A DNA stretch of 64,000 nt from Candidatus Saccharimonadota bacterium. GTDB lineage: Bacteria > Patescibacteriota > Saccharimonadia > Saccharimonadales > JAXHMH01. This document shows positions 36,408 to 44,627 of this stretch, piece by piece. A program made the position numbers and the translations under genes. Below the pieces are notes generated by a model that was given only the letters and a program-made list of their open reading frames with translations, ran no database searches and was not told the DNA's origin. Location of the stretch: NCBI GenBank assembly GCA_034521515.1, contig JAXHMH010000002.1, positions 88,379 through 152,378 of the forward strand. The letters are read 5' to 3'. The first letter of the stretch is position 1, and the number at the start of each line of letters is the position of its first letter.

Positions 36408-36438
36408 TAAACGCGCCACTCGACTGGCGCGTTTATTT
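36408..36438 (-). terminator. bidirectional intrinsic terminator downstream of greA; 31-nt sequence repeated at 44489-44519
   Basis: TAAACGCGCCACTCGACTGGCGCGTTTATTT has stem AAACGCGCCA/TGGCGCGTTT with A- and T-tracts on both sides. Confidence 0.75.
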
Positions 36439-36448
36439 ATATACTGAT

Positions 36449-36907
36449 CTATGCTATTTCGGCAATCTTATAAGTAGCAGTTTCGGCGGGCGTAACGATT
36501 TCGACTTCTTCTCCCTCTTTTTTGCCAAGTAGAGCTTTGCCGATTGGTGACTCATCAGAGATTTTTCCATTTAGTGGATCGGCTTCGACAGTCCCGACCA
36601 CCTGAAACTCTTTGGTCTTTCCTTTGGCTTTGAGCTTTACGCTAGAACCTAAACGCACCTTATTGTCACTTTTTGGTTTAGAGATAACTTCAACGTTTTG
36701 CAAAATGTTTTCAATTTCTCCAATTCGTCCCTCAACACGCTCTTGCTCCTGGCGAGCTGACGTATACTCAGCATTTTCACTCAAATCGCCAAATTCACGC
36801 GCTGTTTTGATTCGCTCGGCAATTGGTCCGCGTTGAGCAACCAAATCCTTAAGTTCGGCCTCTAACTCCGATACGCCTTCCTTTGTCAAATGAAACTGTT
36901 TTTTCAT
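36449..36907 (-). CDS. greA: transcription elongation factor GreA
   Basis: LTKEGVSELEAELKDLV...FGDLSENAEYTSARQEQ is canonical GreA. Confidence 0.93.
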   Translation of the reverse strand: MKKQFHLTKEGVSELEAELKDLVAQRGPIAERIKTAREFGDLSENAEYTSARQEQERVEGRIGEIENILQNVEVISKPKSDNKVRLGSSVKLKAKGKTKEFQVVGTVEADPLNGKISDESPIGKALLGKKEGEEVEIVTPAETATYKIAEIA

Positions 36908-36970
36908 AATTACATACCCTTCCTTTATCAGGTCACCTCTGTTTAGGTCTCACAGAATGGCCCTAGTATA

Positions 36971-38233
36971 TCAAGCTTTTTTGCCACCTACTAGCTCTTT
37001 TATAAGCTGGTTCTTATTAACCGTTGTTGCATCCGCAGAACTGCGTGATTTTAACTCAAATACCTGCGCTTCTGTCGTCTTATCGCTGACGACGACACGG
37101 TACGGTATACCCAGCAAATCGGCATCAGCAAATTTTTCACCCGGGCGCGCATCCCGGTCATCATATAATACTGAGATATTTCTGTTCGTCAACTCATCGT
37201 ACAATTTATCGGCTTCTGATATCACATGTGGTGTATTTCCGAGCCTTGCAAGATAAACAACCGCCGGTGCAATACTACGTGGCCAAACCAGACCTTTATC
37301 ATCAGAGAATTTCTCGGCTAGCACTCCTATTAACCGTGACACGCCTATGCCATAGGAACCCAAGTGAACCGGTTGCCTGCTACCCTGCTTGTTAGTAAAC
37401 ATAAAGTCCATTTGTTCACTTTTTTGTGTTCCAAAATTAAAGATATTACCCACCTCGGCACTTTTTACTTTTTCTAACTCGTCGCGCTTTACACCAAGAT
37501 CTGTCAGTGTCTTATCGTCCATAACCTCTTCGTTCACGGCAATATTTTTTTTGCGGTGCACATAAATAACATCTTCACCTGCTTCACAGATTGTCTGAAA
37601 CTCATGGCTAAACTGTGTAAAAGCTCCGCCGCTAGCAAACGTAATGTAGGTCTCATCGCCTATCCCAAGCCGTTCATATACTCGGTTATAAGCCTCTATT
37701 GTTGCTTGATAAAACGCCTCATGCTGAGCCTCATCAATGCTGCAAGAATACATGTCTTTCATCAAAAACTCACGCCCCCGCATCACGCCGCTCTTGGCTC
37801 GCAGCTCGTTGCGCATCTTTGTCTGAAACTGGTACACGTTAATCGGCAAATCTTTATAGCTGTTTAAGTGCTGTTTTACCATCTCGACAATCGGCTCCTC
37901 GTGCGACCAACCTAGCCCGACTTCCGTGCCATCTTTCAGTTTAGATTTAAACCAAATGTCGACTATTTCATCATTCCAGCGATCAGTAGCCTCCCAGGTA
38001 GCTTTGGGCTGCAAGCTGGTCATCAGCAGTTCCTGGCCGCCTACAGCGTCCATTTCTTCTCTTATAATGCGCTTTATATTTTCAAGTACCTCAAGTCCAA
38101 GCGGTAAATAACTATAAGCTCCGGCCATTTCTTTATGAATGTAACCAGCCTGAATTAACAGTTGGGCGTTACGTGCGGTTTCATCCGCCGGCACGTCTTT
38201 GCGCGTACGAGTAAATAGTTGTGAACGTCTCAT
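36971..38233 (-). CDS. proS: proline--tRNA ligase, short form (420 aa, no room for the bacterial INS editing domain)
   Basis: MRRSQLFTRTRKDVPADETARNAQLLIQAGYI N-terminus, class II motifs, and C-terminal anticodon-binding domain. Confidence 0.9.
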   Translation of the reverse strand: MRRSQLFTRTRKDVPADETARNAQLLIQAGYIHKEMAGAYSYLPLGLEVLENIKRIIREEMDAVGGQELLMTSLQPKATWEATDRWNDEIVDIWFKSKLKDGTEVGLGWSHEEPIVEMVKQHLNSYKDLPINVYQFQTKMRNELRAKSGVMRGREFLMKDMYSCSIDEAQHEAFYQATIEAYNRVYERLGIGDETYITFASGGAFTQFSHEFQTICEAGEDVIYVHRKKNIAVNEEVMDDKTLTDLGVKRDELEKVKSAEVGNIFNFGTQKSEQMDFMFTNKQGSRQPVHLGSYGIGVSRLIGVLAEKFSDDKGLVWPRSIAPAVVYLARLGNTPHVISEADKLYDELTNRNISVLYDDRDARPGEKFADADLLGIPYRVVVSDKTTEAQVFELKSRSSADATTVNKNQLIKELVGGKKA

Positions 38234-38250
38234 CGTAGCTTCATTCTACC

Positions 38251-39042
38251 TTAGAAAATTCTGAATATAAACAATAGGCTAAAAGCAATCATATTTTTAA
38301 TAGCGTGTAACCCGATCGCCGGCCACAGACTACCGGTTTTTTCGCGCAACCCGACAAGTACTATTGACAGGACGAACGTATCAATCGCCACCGCCCAGTG
38401 TAGTGGATCACCGCTACCAAAACCCAAATGCGCTGCCGCGAATACAACGCTGGTAATAAAACCGGCAACCCACATGTTCATTCTCCGTCGTAATCCGGTG
38501 TATAAAAATCCACGACATAGAATCTCTTCGTATAGCGGCGGCAAAACAACTAAACCTACAAATACCACTAGTAGCGGCCAGCCGCTGACTGCCCTGTCAA
38601 ACCCCAGTTGTTGTTCTTGCTGAAAATCAACACCTGGCAAAAAGTTATAAACCGCTACCGATGTGACGATGAATAGCGGAAAATAATACCCGTACCCTAG
38701 CAAGGCATTCAACCCGTCTTTGAGCTGTGGTCTCTTGAGACCGATACTTCGCCAGTTGGTTTTCGTCCACCGCAAAATAAGTCCAATCAACGCCGTACCA
38801 AGCAAAGCCGTCAAGAGAGACATCGCAAATAGGGCGTACTGGTTTGATTGTAACCACCTCTGCGCCTGATCCGACGAACCAAACCGCAATGCCGCATAGC
38901 CGCCCACTACGACTAAGCTCAATATCTGAGCCGAAATATAGACAGCGAACGTCCCAAACAAACTCAGATTAGGCGTGAGACCTAAAAAAGGAGTTTTAGG
39001 TTTTTCGGCTACTGATTGCTGTTCATGGTCGTTATCAGTCAT
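38251..39042 (-). CDS. CPBP family intramembrane glutamic endopeptidase
   Basis: EEILCRGFLY and FAAAH motifs in a polytopic membrane protein. Confidence 0.8.
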   Translation of the reverse strand: MTDNDHEQQSVAEKPKTPFLGLTPNLSLFGTFAVYISAQILSLVVVGGYAALRFGSSDQAQRWLQSNQYALFAMSLLTALLGTALIGLILRWTKTNWRSIGLKRPQLKDGLNALLGYGYYFPLFIVTSVAVYNFLPGVDFQQEQQLGFDRAVSGWPLLVVFVGLVVLPPLYEEILCRGFLYTGLRRRMNMWVAGFITSVVFAAAHLGFGSGDPLHWAVAIDTFVLSIVLVGLREKTGSLWPAIGLHAIKNMIAFSLLFIFRIF

Positions 39043-39064
39043 GACGCCATCCCCACATCAGTTC

Positions 39065-40171
39065 TCAGAAAAAACGCCGGATATCAACGACTGTTATAAC
39101 CACTATAAGTAGCATCAGCACCATAAACCCGGTGCCGTGAATGCGCTCTTCCAGTTCTTTGTTAAGCGGTTTTTTCAACGTCCTAAATATCAATGTTACA
39201 AACAGCCGTCCGCCATCAAGTGCCGGTATAGGCAGCGCGTTCATGATCCCTAGACTCACAGATACCAAGGCAATAACAAACAGTACTTGCGCAATACCGA
39301 TTGCAGCGGTGTCGCTCAATATCATAAATACAGCAACTGGTCCACCTACCGCTTCGCCGGCTACTTCTGGTTTTCCAGCAAAAAGATTTTGAACCACGTA
39401 ACCCAAGCCCCGTAATGACACATCGGTATACTGCAGCGTACTGACAGCACCGACTATCGGTGCCGACCACGTTGCCCGTATTACTTGAGCATCAGCCGGC
39501 GCCACTCCAAGATAGCCCTGACCGTTGGCATCTTCGTTAAGTGTCGCGCTAGTTTTAAATACCTCGCCATCACGAACATATTCAATATCTACCGTTTGTC
39601 CACGCAAACTTTCGGTAATTGCCGGTAGTTCATCAGCCCGCTCTATAACCTCTCCATCCACCCGTTGTAGCTCGTCACCAGACTGCAAACCGGCTTCGGC
39701 CGCCGGAGAGTCTTCAACCACGCCGACAAATATCTGACTGCTCACCAGCTCAGTATCGGCTGCTACACTAAATTGCTCGCGATCATAAAACGGCAGATCT
39801 GCTAAGTTTGCCTTGGGCATACCGACCAGTGCCAAGGTGGTGAACAGTATGGCTGCTACCAAGAAGTTCATACCCACACCGGCCAACAAAATTTTTACCT
39901 TGGCACCTAATTTTGCGGCACCATAGCTACCTGGGGTGTCGTCCTCGTCGTGTTCACCTTTGAGCTTGACGAACCCGCCCAAAGGCAGCCAGTTAAGCGT
40001 GTAGGTTGTGCCGTGCTTCTTGGTTAGCACTTTTGCCCGTGGCGGGAAACCAATGCCAAATTCTTCAACTTCCACCCCATTACGACGTGCGGCAATAAAG
40101 TGGCCAAACTCGTGCACCACCACCAAACCGACAAATAACAAAATACCCAAAATCAATAATACAATTGCCAT
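39065..40171 (-). CDS. rseP: RIP (site-2) metalloprotease RseP
   Basis: HEFGHFIAAR zinc motif, PDZ domain, and NALPIPALDGG. Confidence 0.9.
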   Translation of the reverse strand: MAIVLLILGILLFVGLVVVHEFGHFIAARRNGVEVEEFGIGFPPRAKVLTKKHGTTYTLNWLPLGGFVKLKGEHDEDDTPGSYGAAKLGAKVKILLAGVGMNFLVAAILFTTLALVGMPKANLADLPFYDREQFSVAADTELVSSQIFVGVVEDSPAAEAGLQSGDELQRVDGEVIERADELPAITESLRGQTVDIEYVRDGEVFKTSATLNEDANGQGYLGVAPADAQVIRATWSAPIVGAVSTLQYTDVSLRGLGYVVQNLFAGKPEVAGEAVGGPVAVFMILSDTAAIGIAQVLFVIALVSVSLGIMNALPIPALDGGRLFVTLIFRTLKKPLNKELEERIHGTGFMVLMLLIVVITVVDIRRFF

Positions 40172-40875
40172 TATTGCCCGAACCTCCGCTGTCTATTTTT
40201 GTAGTCTTCTATTGCTGCATCAAAATCATCAGTGTCAAAATCCGGCCAGTGTTTGTCGGCAAAATATAGTTCGGCATAGGCGGCGCGCCACAGCATGAAA
40301 TTACTTATTCGCTGCTCACCAGAGGTTCGTATAATCATATCAACCGGCGGAATATCAGGCGCATAGAGGTACTTTTCCAGCGTTGCCGGTTCAAGCGCAC
40401 GCATGTCCTCACCCGCCTCGTTTGCTTGCCTGACAGCCTCGGTAATTTCTTGTTGTCCGCCGTAGTTAAAGCACAATCCAACCGTACCGGCAGTATTGTT
40501 TATGGTTAGCTCCTCGGCTTTTTCTATGGCATCTAATAACTTTTTATCCAGCTTATCCTTGGTACCTAAAAACCGTACCCTAATATTCTCTTTGTGCAGC
40601 TCTTTGACCTCATTATTCGCCACCCAAAGCGCTAGATCCATCAAATAACCGACTTCTTCCTCGGATCGTTTCCAGTTCTCGGTGGAAAACACAAATACTG
40701 TCAAATAGCGTAAACCTTCCAGTTTCAACGCATGTTTAGCGATTGTTTTTAGATTTGCGTATCCTTTGCGATGCCCGTCCAGGGTTGATAAACCTTGCGC
40801 TTTTGCCCAACGACGGTTGCCGTCAAGTATCAGTCCGATGTGAGTTGGTTGGGTTGCTTGTTTGTTGTGCTGCAT
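40171..40875 (-). CDS. uppS: isoprenyl transferase (undecaprenyl-diphosphate synthase)
   Basis: HIGLILDGNRRWA and RTSGEQRISNFMLW motifs. Confidence 0.93.
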   Translation of the reverse strand: MQHNKQATQPTHIGLILDGNRRWAKAQGLSTLDGHRKGYANLKTIAKHALKLEGLRYLTVFVFSTENWKRSEEEVGYLMDLALWVANNEVKELHKENIRVRFLGTKDKLDKKLLDAIEKAEELTINNTAGTVGLCFNYGGQQEITEAVRQANEAGEDMRALEPATLEKYLYAPDIPPVDMIIRTSGEQRISNFMLWRAAYAELYFADKHWPDFDTDDFDAAIEDYKNRQRRFGQ

Positions 40876-40964
40876 GCTATATAAGTATAACCTAGCTCGT
40901 TGTTTAAGTAATGAATTTTCTGAGTCCCAGCCGCTTGCTAAATTCTTTTAACATGAGACTCGAC

Positions 40965-41528
40965 CTAAACGGTCATAATCTCTTGCTCTTTGGCTTTGGC
41001 GTGAGTTTCAGCCTGTGACTTTACTTCTCCCATAGCCGTATCAACTTGTTTTTGCAGATGCTTGGCATCGTCATCGCTGATATCTTTGTTTTTCTTTGCT
41101 TGATCAATTTCTTTATTGGCATCGTGCCTAACGTTGCGCATGCTCACCATACACTCTTCCAGTTTGGTTCCGACTAATTTAACGTACTCCCGGCGGCGCT
41201 CTTCGGTCAACGGTGGTACTGGCACGCGTACGACCTTGCCGTCATCCATCGGATTCATTCCTAATCCTTGATTGTTACGAATCGCTGCTGAAATAGCCTG
41301 AATATTATTCGGGTCAAACGGCGTAATCTGCAAAAGTTGCGGCTCGGGTGTGCTAATGCTGCCTACCTGGATCAATGGCATTTCCGTGCCGTATGCCTCT
41401 ACCATTACACCATCCAACATGCTCGGGTGCGCCCGACCGGTGCGGATTTTTTTTAACTCATCCTCGAAGTGCTCAAGCGCTGCGTTAAACTTGGTTTTTG
41501 CTCGGTCTACTAATTGACTTGGATTCAT
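40965..41528 (-). CDS. frr: ribosome recycling factor
   Basis: RTGRAHPSMLDGVMVEAYG...PPLTEERRREYVK. Confidence 0.93.
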   Translation of the reverse strand: MNPSQLVDRAKTKFNAALEHFEDELKKIRTGRAHPSMLDGVMVEAYGTEMPLIQVGSISTPEPQLLQITPFDPNNIQAISAAIRNNQGLGMNPMDDGKVVRVPVPPLTEERRREYVKLVGTKLEECMVSMRNVRHDANKEIDQAKKNKDISDDDAKHLQKQVDTAMGEVKSQAETHAKAKEQEIMTV

Positions 41529-41539
41529 ATACTCTGATT

Positions 41540-41797
41540 CTACTTTCTCTGATTATAGCTTCCTATTGCAACTGTCTTTGCGATACACATGGTCCGCATG
41601 CACGAAAACGCTCTATCTCTGGCCTCTTCATCTCTTGGGCCAGGATACATATCAGGCCAATTCCCATCGTTTTCTACAGCAAACTCCACACCATCTATTG
41701 CCCGCTCACGGACACTGATATCGCTCGCACCTTCTACGGGGCACTCTTTGCCACATGTCTCAAATGGCTCACATCGTATTTTTTGTGGTACACCCAT
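41540..41797 (-). CDS. small Cys-containing hypothetical protein (85 aa) in the slot normally occupied by pyrH
   Basis: Strong SD AGGAGG 7 nt before ATG 41797. The stop lies 12 nt before frr. Six Cys residues. Confidence 0.55.
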   Translation of the reverse strand: MGVPQKIRCEPFETCGKECPVEGASDISVRERAIDGVEFAVENDGNWPDMYPGPRDEEARDRAFSCMRTMCIAKTVAIGSYNQRK

Positions 41798-41944
41798 TTA
41801 ATCACCTCCTGAACATATTTATTGTAGTACGGATTAAACAATTACTGAAGGATCGTGGCTTCATCCTGGTGTTTTTTGAGATGAGTCCGTAGACACCATC
41901 CCGCTGCTAGAAACTATAAAAGGGCTCGATCCTATTTATCAATG

Positions 41945-42547
41945 TTAAGCGACTTCGCCCAATGCGACACGACTAAACCGGCGTACTACGATGTTCTCGC
42001 CCAGCTTAGCGATGTTCTCTTTAACGTACTCACCTACGGTCTGATCCGGATCTTTAACAAAAGGTTGGTCCAACAAACAGCGTTCTGCAAAATGCTTTTT
42101 GACCATACCGTCTACAATTTTATCAATCATATCAGCTGGCTTGCCATCGGCTTTTGCTTTATCAACAAATTCTGCACGGATCTTGCTAGACTCTTCCTCT
42201 GGCACATCATCGGTGCTGACATACTGCGGCGCTGAAGCAGCAATATGCATAGATAAATCTTTTACAAGCTCAGTAAATAATTCGTTACGAGCTACAAAAT
42301 CAGTCTCGCAGTTGACTTCTACCAACACCCCTATACGACTGTCGTGGTTGTAGGTTCCAACTACTCCAGCGCGGGCTTCACGTTCGCCACGCTTTTCGGC
42401 CTTAGTTAAACCCTTCTTGCGCATGGCTTCCAACGCCTTATCAAAATCACCACTAGTTTCTTCTAGAGCGGCTTTGGCATCCGTCAAACCTACACCCGTC
42501 AGATTCTTTAGCCTCTTAATATCATCAATCTTAATATTCGCCATCAA
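41945..42547 (-). CDS. tsf: elongation factor Ts (short, 200 aa)
   Basis: LKNLTGVGLTDAKAALEETSGDFDKALEAMRKKG UBA-like N-terminus. SD AAGGAG. Confidence 0.92.
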   Translation of the reverse strand: MMANIKIDDIKRLKNLTGVGLTDAKAALEETSGDFDKALEAMRKKGLTKAEKRGEREARAGVVGTYNHDSRIGVLVEVNCETDFVARNELFTELVKDLSMHIAASAPQYVSTDDVPEEESSKIRAEFVDKAKADGKPADMIDKIVDGMVKKHFAERCLLDQPFVKDPDQTVGEYVKENIAKLGENIVVRRFSRVALGEVA

Positions 42548-42573
42548 TATTCTCCTTCATCAAAAATTACTGT

Positions 42574-43467
42574 CTACTTATCTTTGTCTTTATCTGCAGT
42601 TTTAGTAGTTGTTTTTGTGGCTGCTTTTTGATGTTTTACCTTACCGTTTTCGATTGCCGATTGAACATAGCCGACAATCAATTGAATCGTCTTGATCGCA
42701 TCATCGTTAGCCGGAATAGGGTAATCAATATCTGTCGGGTCAGCGTTAGTATCAACTAAGGCGACAACCGGCAAACCAAGCTTACGTGCTTCACGTACTG
42801 CATTAATCTCGTGAATAATGTCTACCACAAATACAGCGCCAGGTTTGGCTTGCAATTCCTTAATACCACCGTACATGTGATTCATTTCGTCGATTTCTTC
42901 CTGAAACCGCTGCACTTCTAGTTTGCTATATTTAGCCTCTAGCTGACCACTCTCCATTTTGGACTCTTGATCTTTTAGGTGCTTAACACGCCCGCCAATA
43001 GTATTACGGTTGGTTAACATACCGCCAAGCCATCTTTCAACCACATACGGCATGCCGGTTTCTTCGGCAGCTTTTTTAACGACATCTCGCGCCTGTCGCT
43101 TAGTGCCGACCAATAGCACTTGCTTGCCCTGCGCAGTCGTATTTTCTAGAAACTTTAGGGCGTCCTCCAGCTTGTCGACCGTTTTTGTCAGGTCAATTAT
43201 GTGGTTGCCCTCGCGCTTGCTGTGAATATACGGCGCCATCTTTGGGTGCCACCGGCTGGTTTTGTGGCCAAAATGGGCTCCGGCCTCTAATAGTTGTTTG
43301 ATATCTACCCCGTTAGAAACTTTCTTCGTTCCTGTGGTAGTAGTTTTATCCTCTTTTGTTTCTGTCTGTTTGTTTCTTACGGGGTCTACCTTTGTGGTAG
43401 TTGCTTTTGTGGTTTTGGTGTCTTTAACGTCCTTGGTTTCTGACGCAGATTCAGCTTTTGTAGCCAT
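42574..43467 (-). CDS. rpsB: 30S ribosomal protein S2 with Lys/Thr-rich N- and C-terminal extensions
   Basis: LLEAGAHFGHKTSRWHPKM core. Confidence 0.93.
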   Translation of the reverse strand: MATKAESASETKDVKDTKTTKATTTKVDPVRNKQTETKEDKTTTTGTKKVSNGVDIKQLLEAGAHFGHKTSRWHPKMAPYIHSKREGNHIIDLTKTVDKLEDALKFLENTTAQGKQVLLVGTKRQARDVVKKAAEETGMPYVVERWLGGMLTNRNTIGGRVKHLKDQESKMESGQLEAKYSKLEVQRFQEEIDEMNHMYGGIKELQAKPGAVFVVDIIHEINAVREARKLGLPVVALVDTNADPTDIDYPIPANDDAIKTIQLIVGYVQSAIENGKVKHQKAATKTTTKTADKDKDK

Positions 43468-43657
43468 ATCGTTTACTGCTTCCTTTCTTATGCTCCTCGG
43501 TTTCTCACGGTTATTTTAGTAATATGCAATCAGATTACTAAATACCGCGAAAAGCGGAGGGGCTGATTCTTGACCTTCATTTGGGTGCCTTTGCTGCCCT
43601 GCACGGGTAAAGCCAAGGAGAACCACTATCCCAAACTGCTTAATTTGTAGTGACCCA

Positions 43658-43686
43658 ATACTACCAGATAAGCATCAGGGACGCAA
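43658..43686 (-). promoter_or_regulatory. candidate rpsB promoter TTGCGT-N17-TAGTAT, giving a ~190-nt leader
   Basis: The minus strand reads TTGCGTCCCTGATGCTTATCTGGTAGTAT. Confidence 0.4.
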
Positions 43687-43733
43687 GCGGCATTCGTAGC
43701 TGTTTATCGGAAGACAAACCATCGTTTTGTTTT

Positions 43734-44141
43734 TCACAATTTTGGTAACGGAACACCGGTCTGCTTGCTCACTTGGCGTGCCCACTCAAACAGAGCCTCC
43801 ATTTGACGCTCAAGTTCAACTTTATCTTTGGCGGTCAGCACTTTTTTAGCCTGGATTTTGGTGATAATACTATAAATTTCTTTGATGTCACTCTCTACAC
43901 CCAGCAACCTATTGTCAATATTCGTCAACTTAGCATTCATCTCACGCATCTCGGCATGCAATGAGACGTTGTCGTTTTCTAGCCTGGTAAGCCGCCCGTC
44001 AATTTGCTCAAACCGCCGGTCTACTTGCTCGAACCGTTGGTCCACTTGGTCGAAACGCTTGTCCACAAGCGAAGCTAGGCTTTGGATAGCCTGCGCTATA
44101 TCATCAATATCGGTCGGCTTATTAGAACGCTCCTTAGTCAT
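43734..44141 (-). CDS. small coiled-coil protein, paralog of 48506..48748
   Basis: Repeats FDQVDQRFEQVDRRFEQIDGRL. The C-terminus EWARQVSKQTGVPLPKL resembles RWIHEIAKQTGVKLSEI of the paralog. TATACT lies 6 nt before ATG 44141, so it is leaderless; the track start is 44156. Confidence 0.65.
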   Translation of the reverse strand: MTKERSNKPTDIDDIAQAIQSLASLVDKRFDQVDQRFEQVDRRFEQIDGRLTRLENDNVSLHAEMREMNAKLTNIDNRLLGVESDIKEIYSIITKIQAKKVLTAKDKVELERQMEALFEWARQVSKQTGVPLPKL

Positions 44142-44270
44142 GTCTCTAGTATACATATACCCGGTGCCAAGATACTACTTTATTAGAAATAAAAATCTCA
44201 TTTATCCACATTCAAACAAGCAACAACCGTCAATCGCTTGAATGAAACTACACAGGTACTTAATACGATC

Positions 44271-44316
44271 AAATACTTTCAATTTATTGACGGCCGTCAA
44301 TAAATTGAAAGTATTT
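44271..44316. repeat. perfect 46-bp palindrome (23-bp arms, no spacer)
   Basis: AAATACTTTCAATTTATTGACGG|CCGTCAATAAATTGAAAGTATTT, followed by TTTTATTT on the + strand. Confidence 0.9.
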
Positions 44317-44397
44317 TTTATTTGTGGTTGTTGGTATTGGTGTCAGGAGTAGTTTGTGTGAGTGACTAAGACAACTAGTGGTAGCGGAGGGGGCAGA

Positions 44398-44463
44398 ATG
44401 TGCGGGGTGCGCTTGTCTGTCAATATGGCGGTCTCGGGCTTTGTAGTAATGCTGCGAAGATAG
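44398..44463 (+). CDS. candidate 21-aa hydrophobic peptide MCGVRLSVNMAVSGFVVMLRR
   Basis: GGAGG lies 7 nt upstream of the ATG, and the stop is 25 nt before a strong terminator. No other coding capacity lies between the palindrome and the terminator. Confidence 0.3.
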   Translation: MCGVRLSVNMAVSGFVVMLRR

Positions 44464-44488
44464 CTCGTACTTAATTGAGAGCAAATCT

Positions 44489-44519
44489 TAAACGCGCCAC
44501 TCGACTGGCGCGTTTATTT
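44489..44519 (+). terminator. intrinsic terminator, 31/31 identical to 36408-36438
   Basis: Same hairpin TAAACGCGCCACTCGACTGGCGCGTTTATTT. It sits in a divergent intergenic region, which implies a short + strand transcript ending here. Confidence 0.7.
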
Positions 44520-44627
44520 TACTCCTTGATTACTAAAAAATTTAGTTAGGTAGTACGGTGTTATTAATAAAGTTTTGACATGCAATTAAGGTAATTTATT
44601 GTGTTACAATAACCCCAAAGGACAAGC

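Noticed and set aside
43559-43575. GGGGCTGATTCT resembling the 5' end of tmRNA (GGGGCUGAUUCUGG)
   Set aside because: There is no complementary 3' acceptor strand or T-arm within 300-400 nt downstream. That span is occupied by a well-supported minus-strand gene. The match more likely belongs to the rpsB leader.
44202-44210. Perfect DnaA box TTATCCACA in an AT-rich region where gene orientation flips (possible oriC)
   Set aside because: It is a single box, and a 9-mer is expected about 0.5 times by chance in this window. There is no box cluster and no dnaA or dnaN nearby. The plus-strand block lasts only about 5 kb before genes return to the minus strand.
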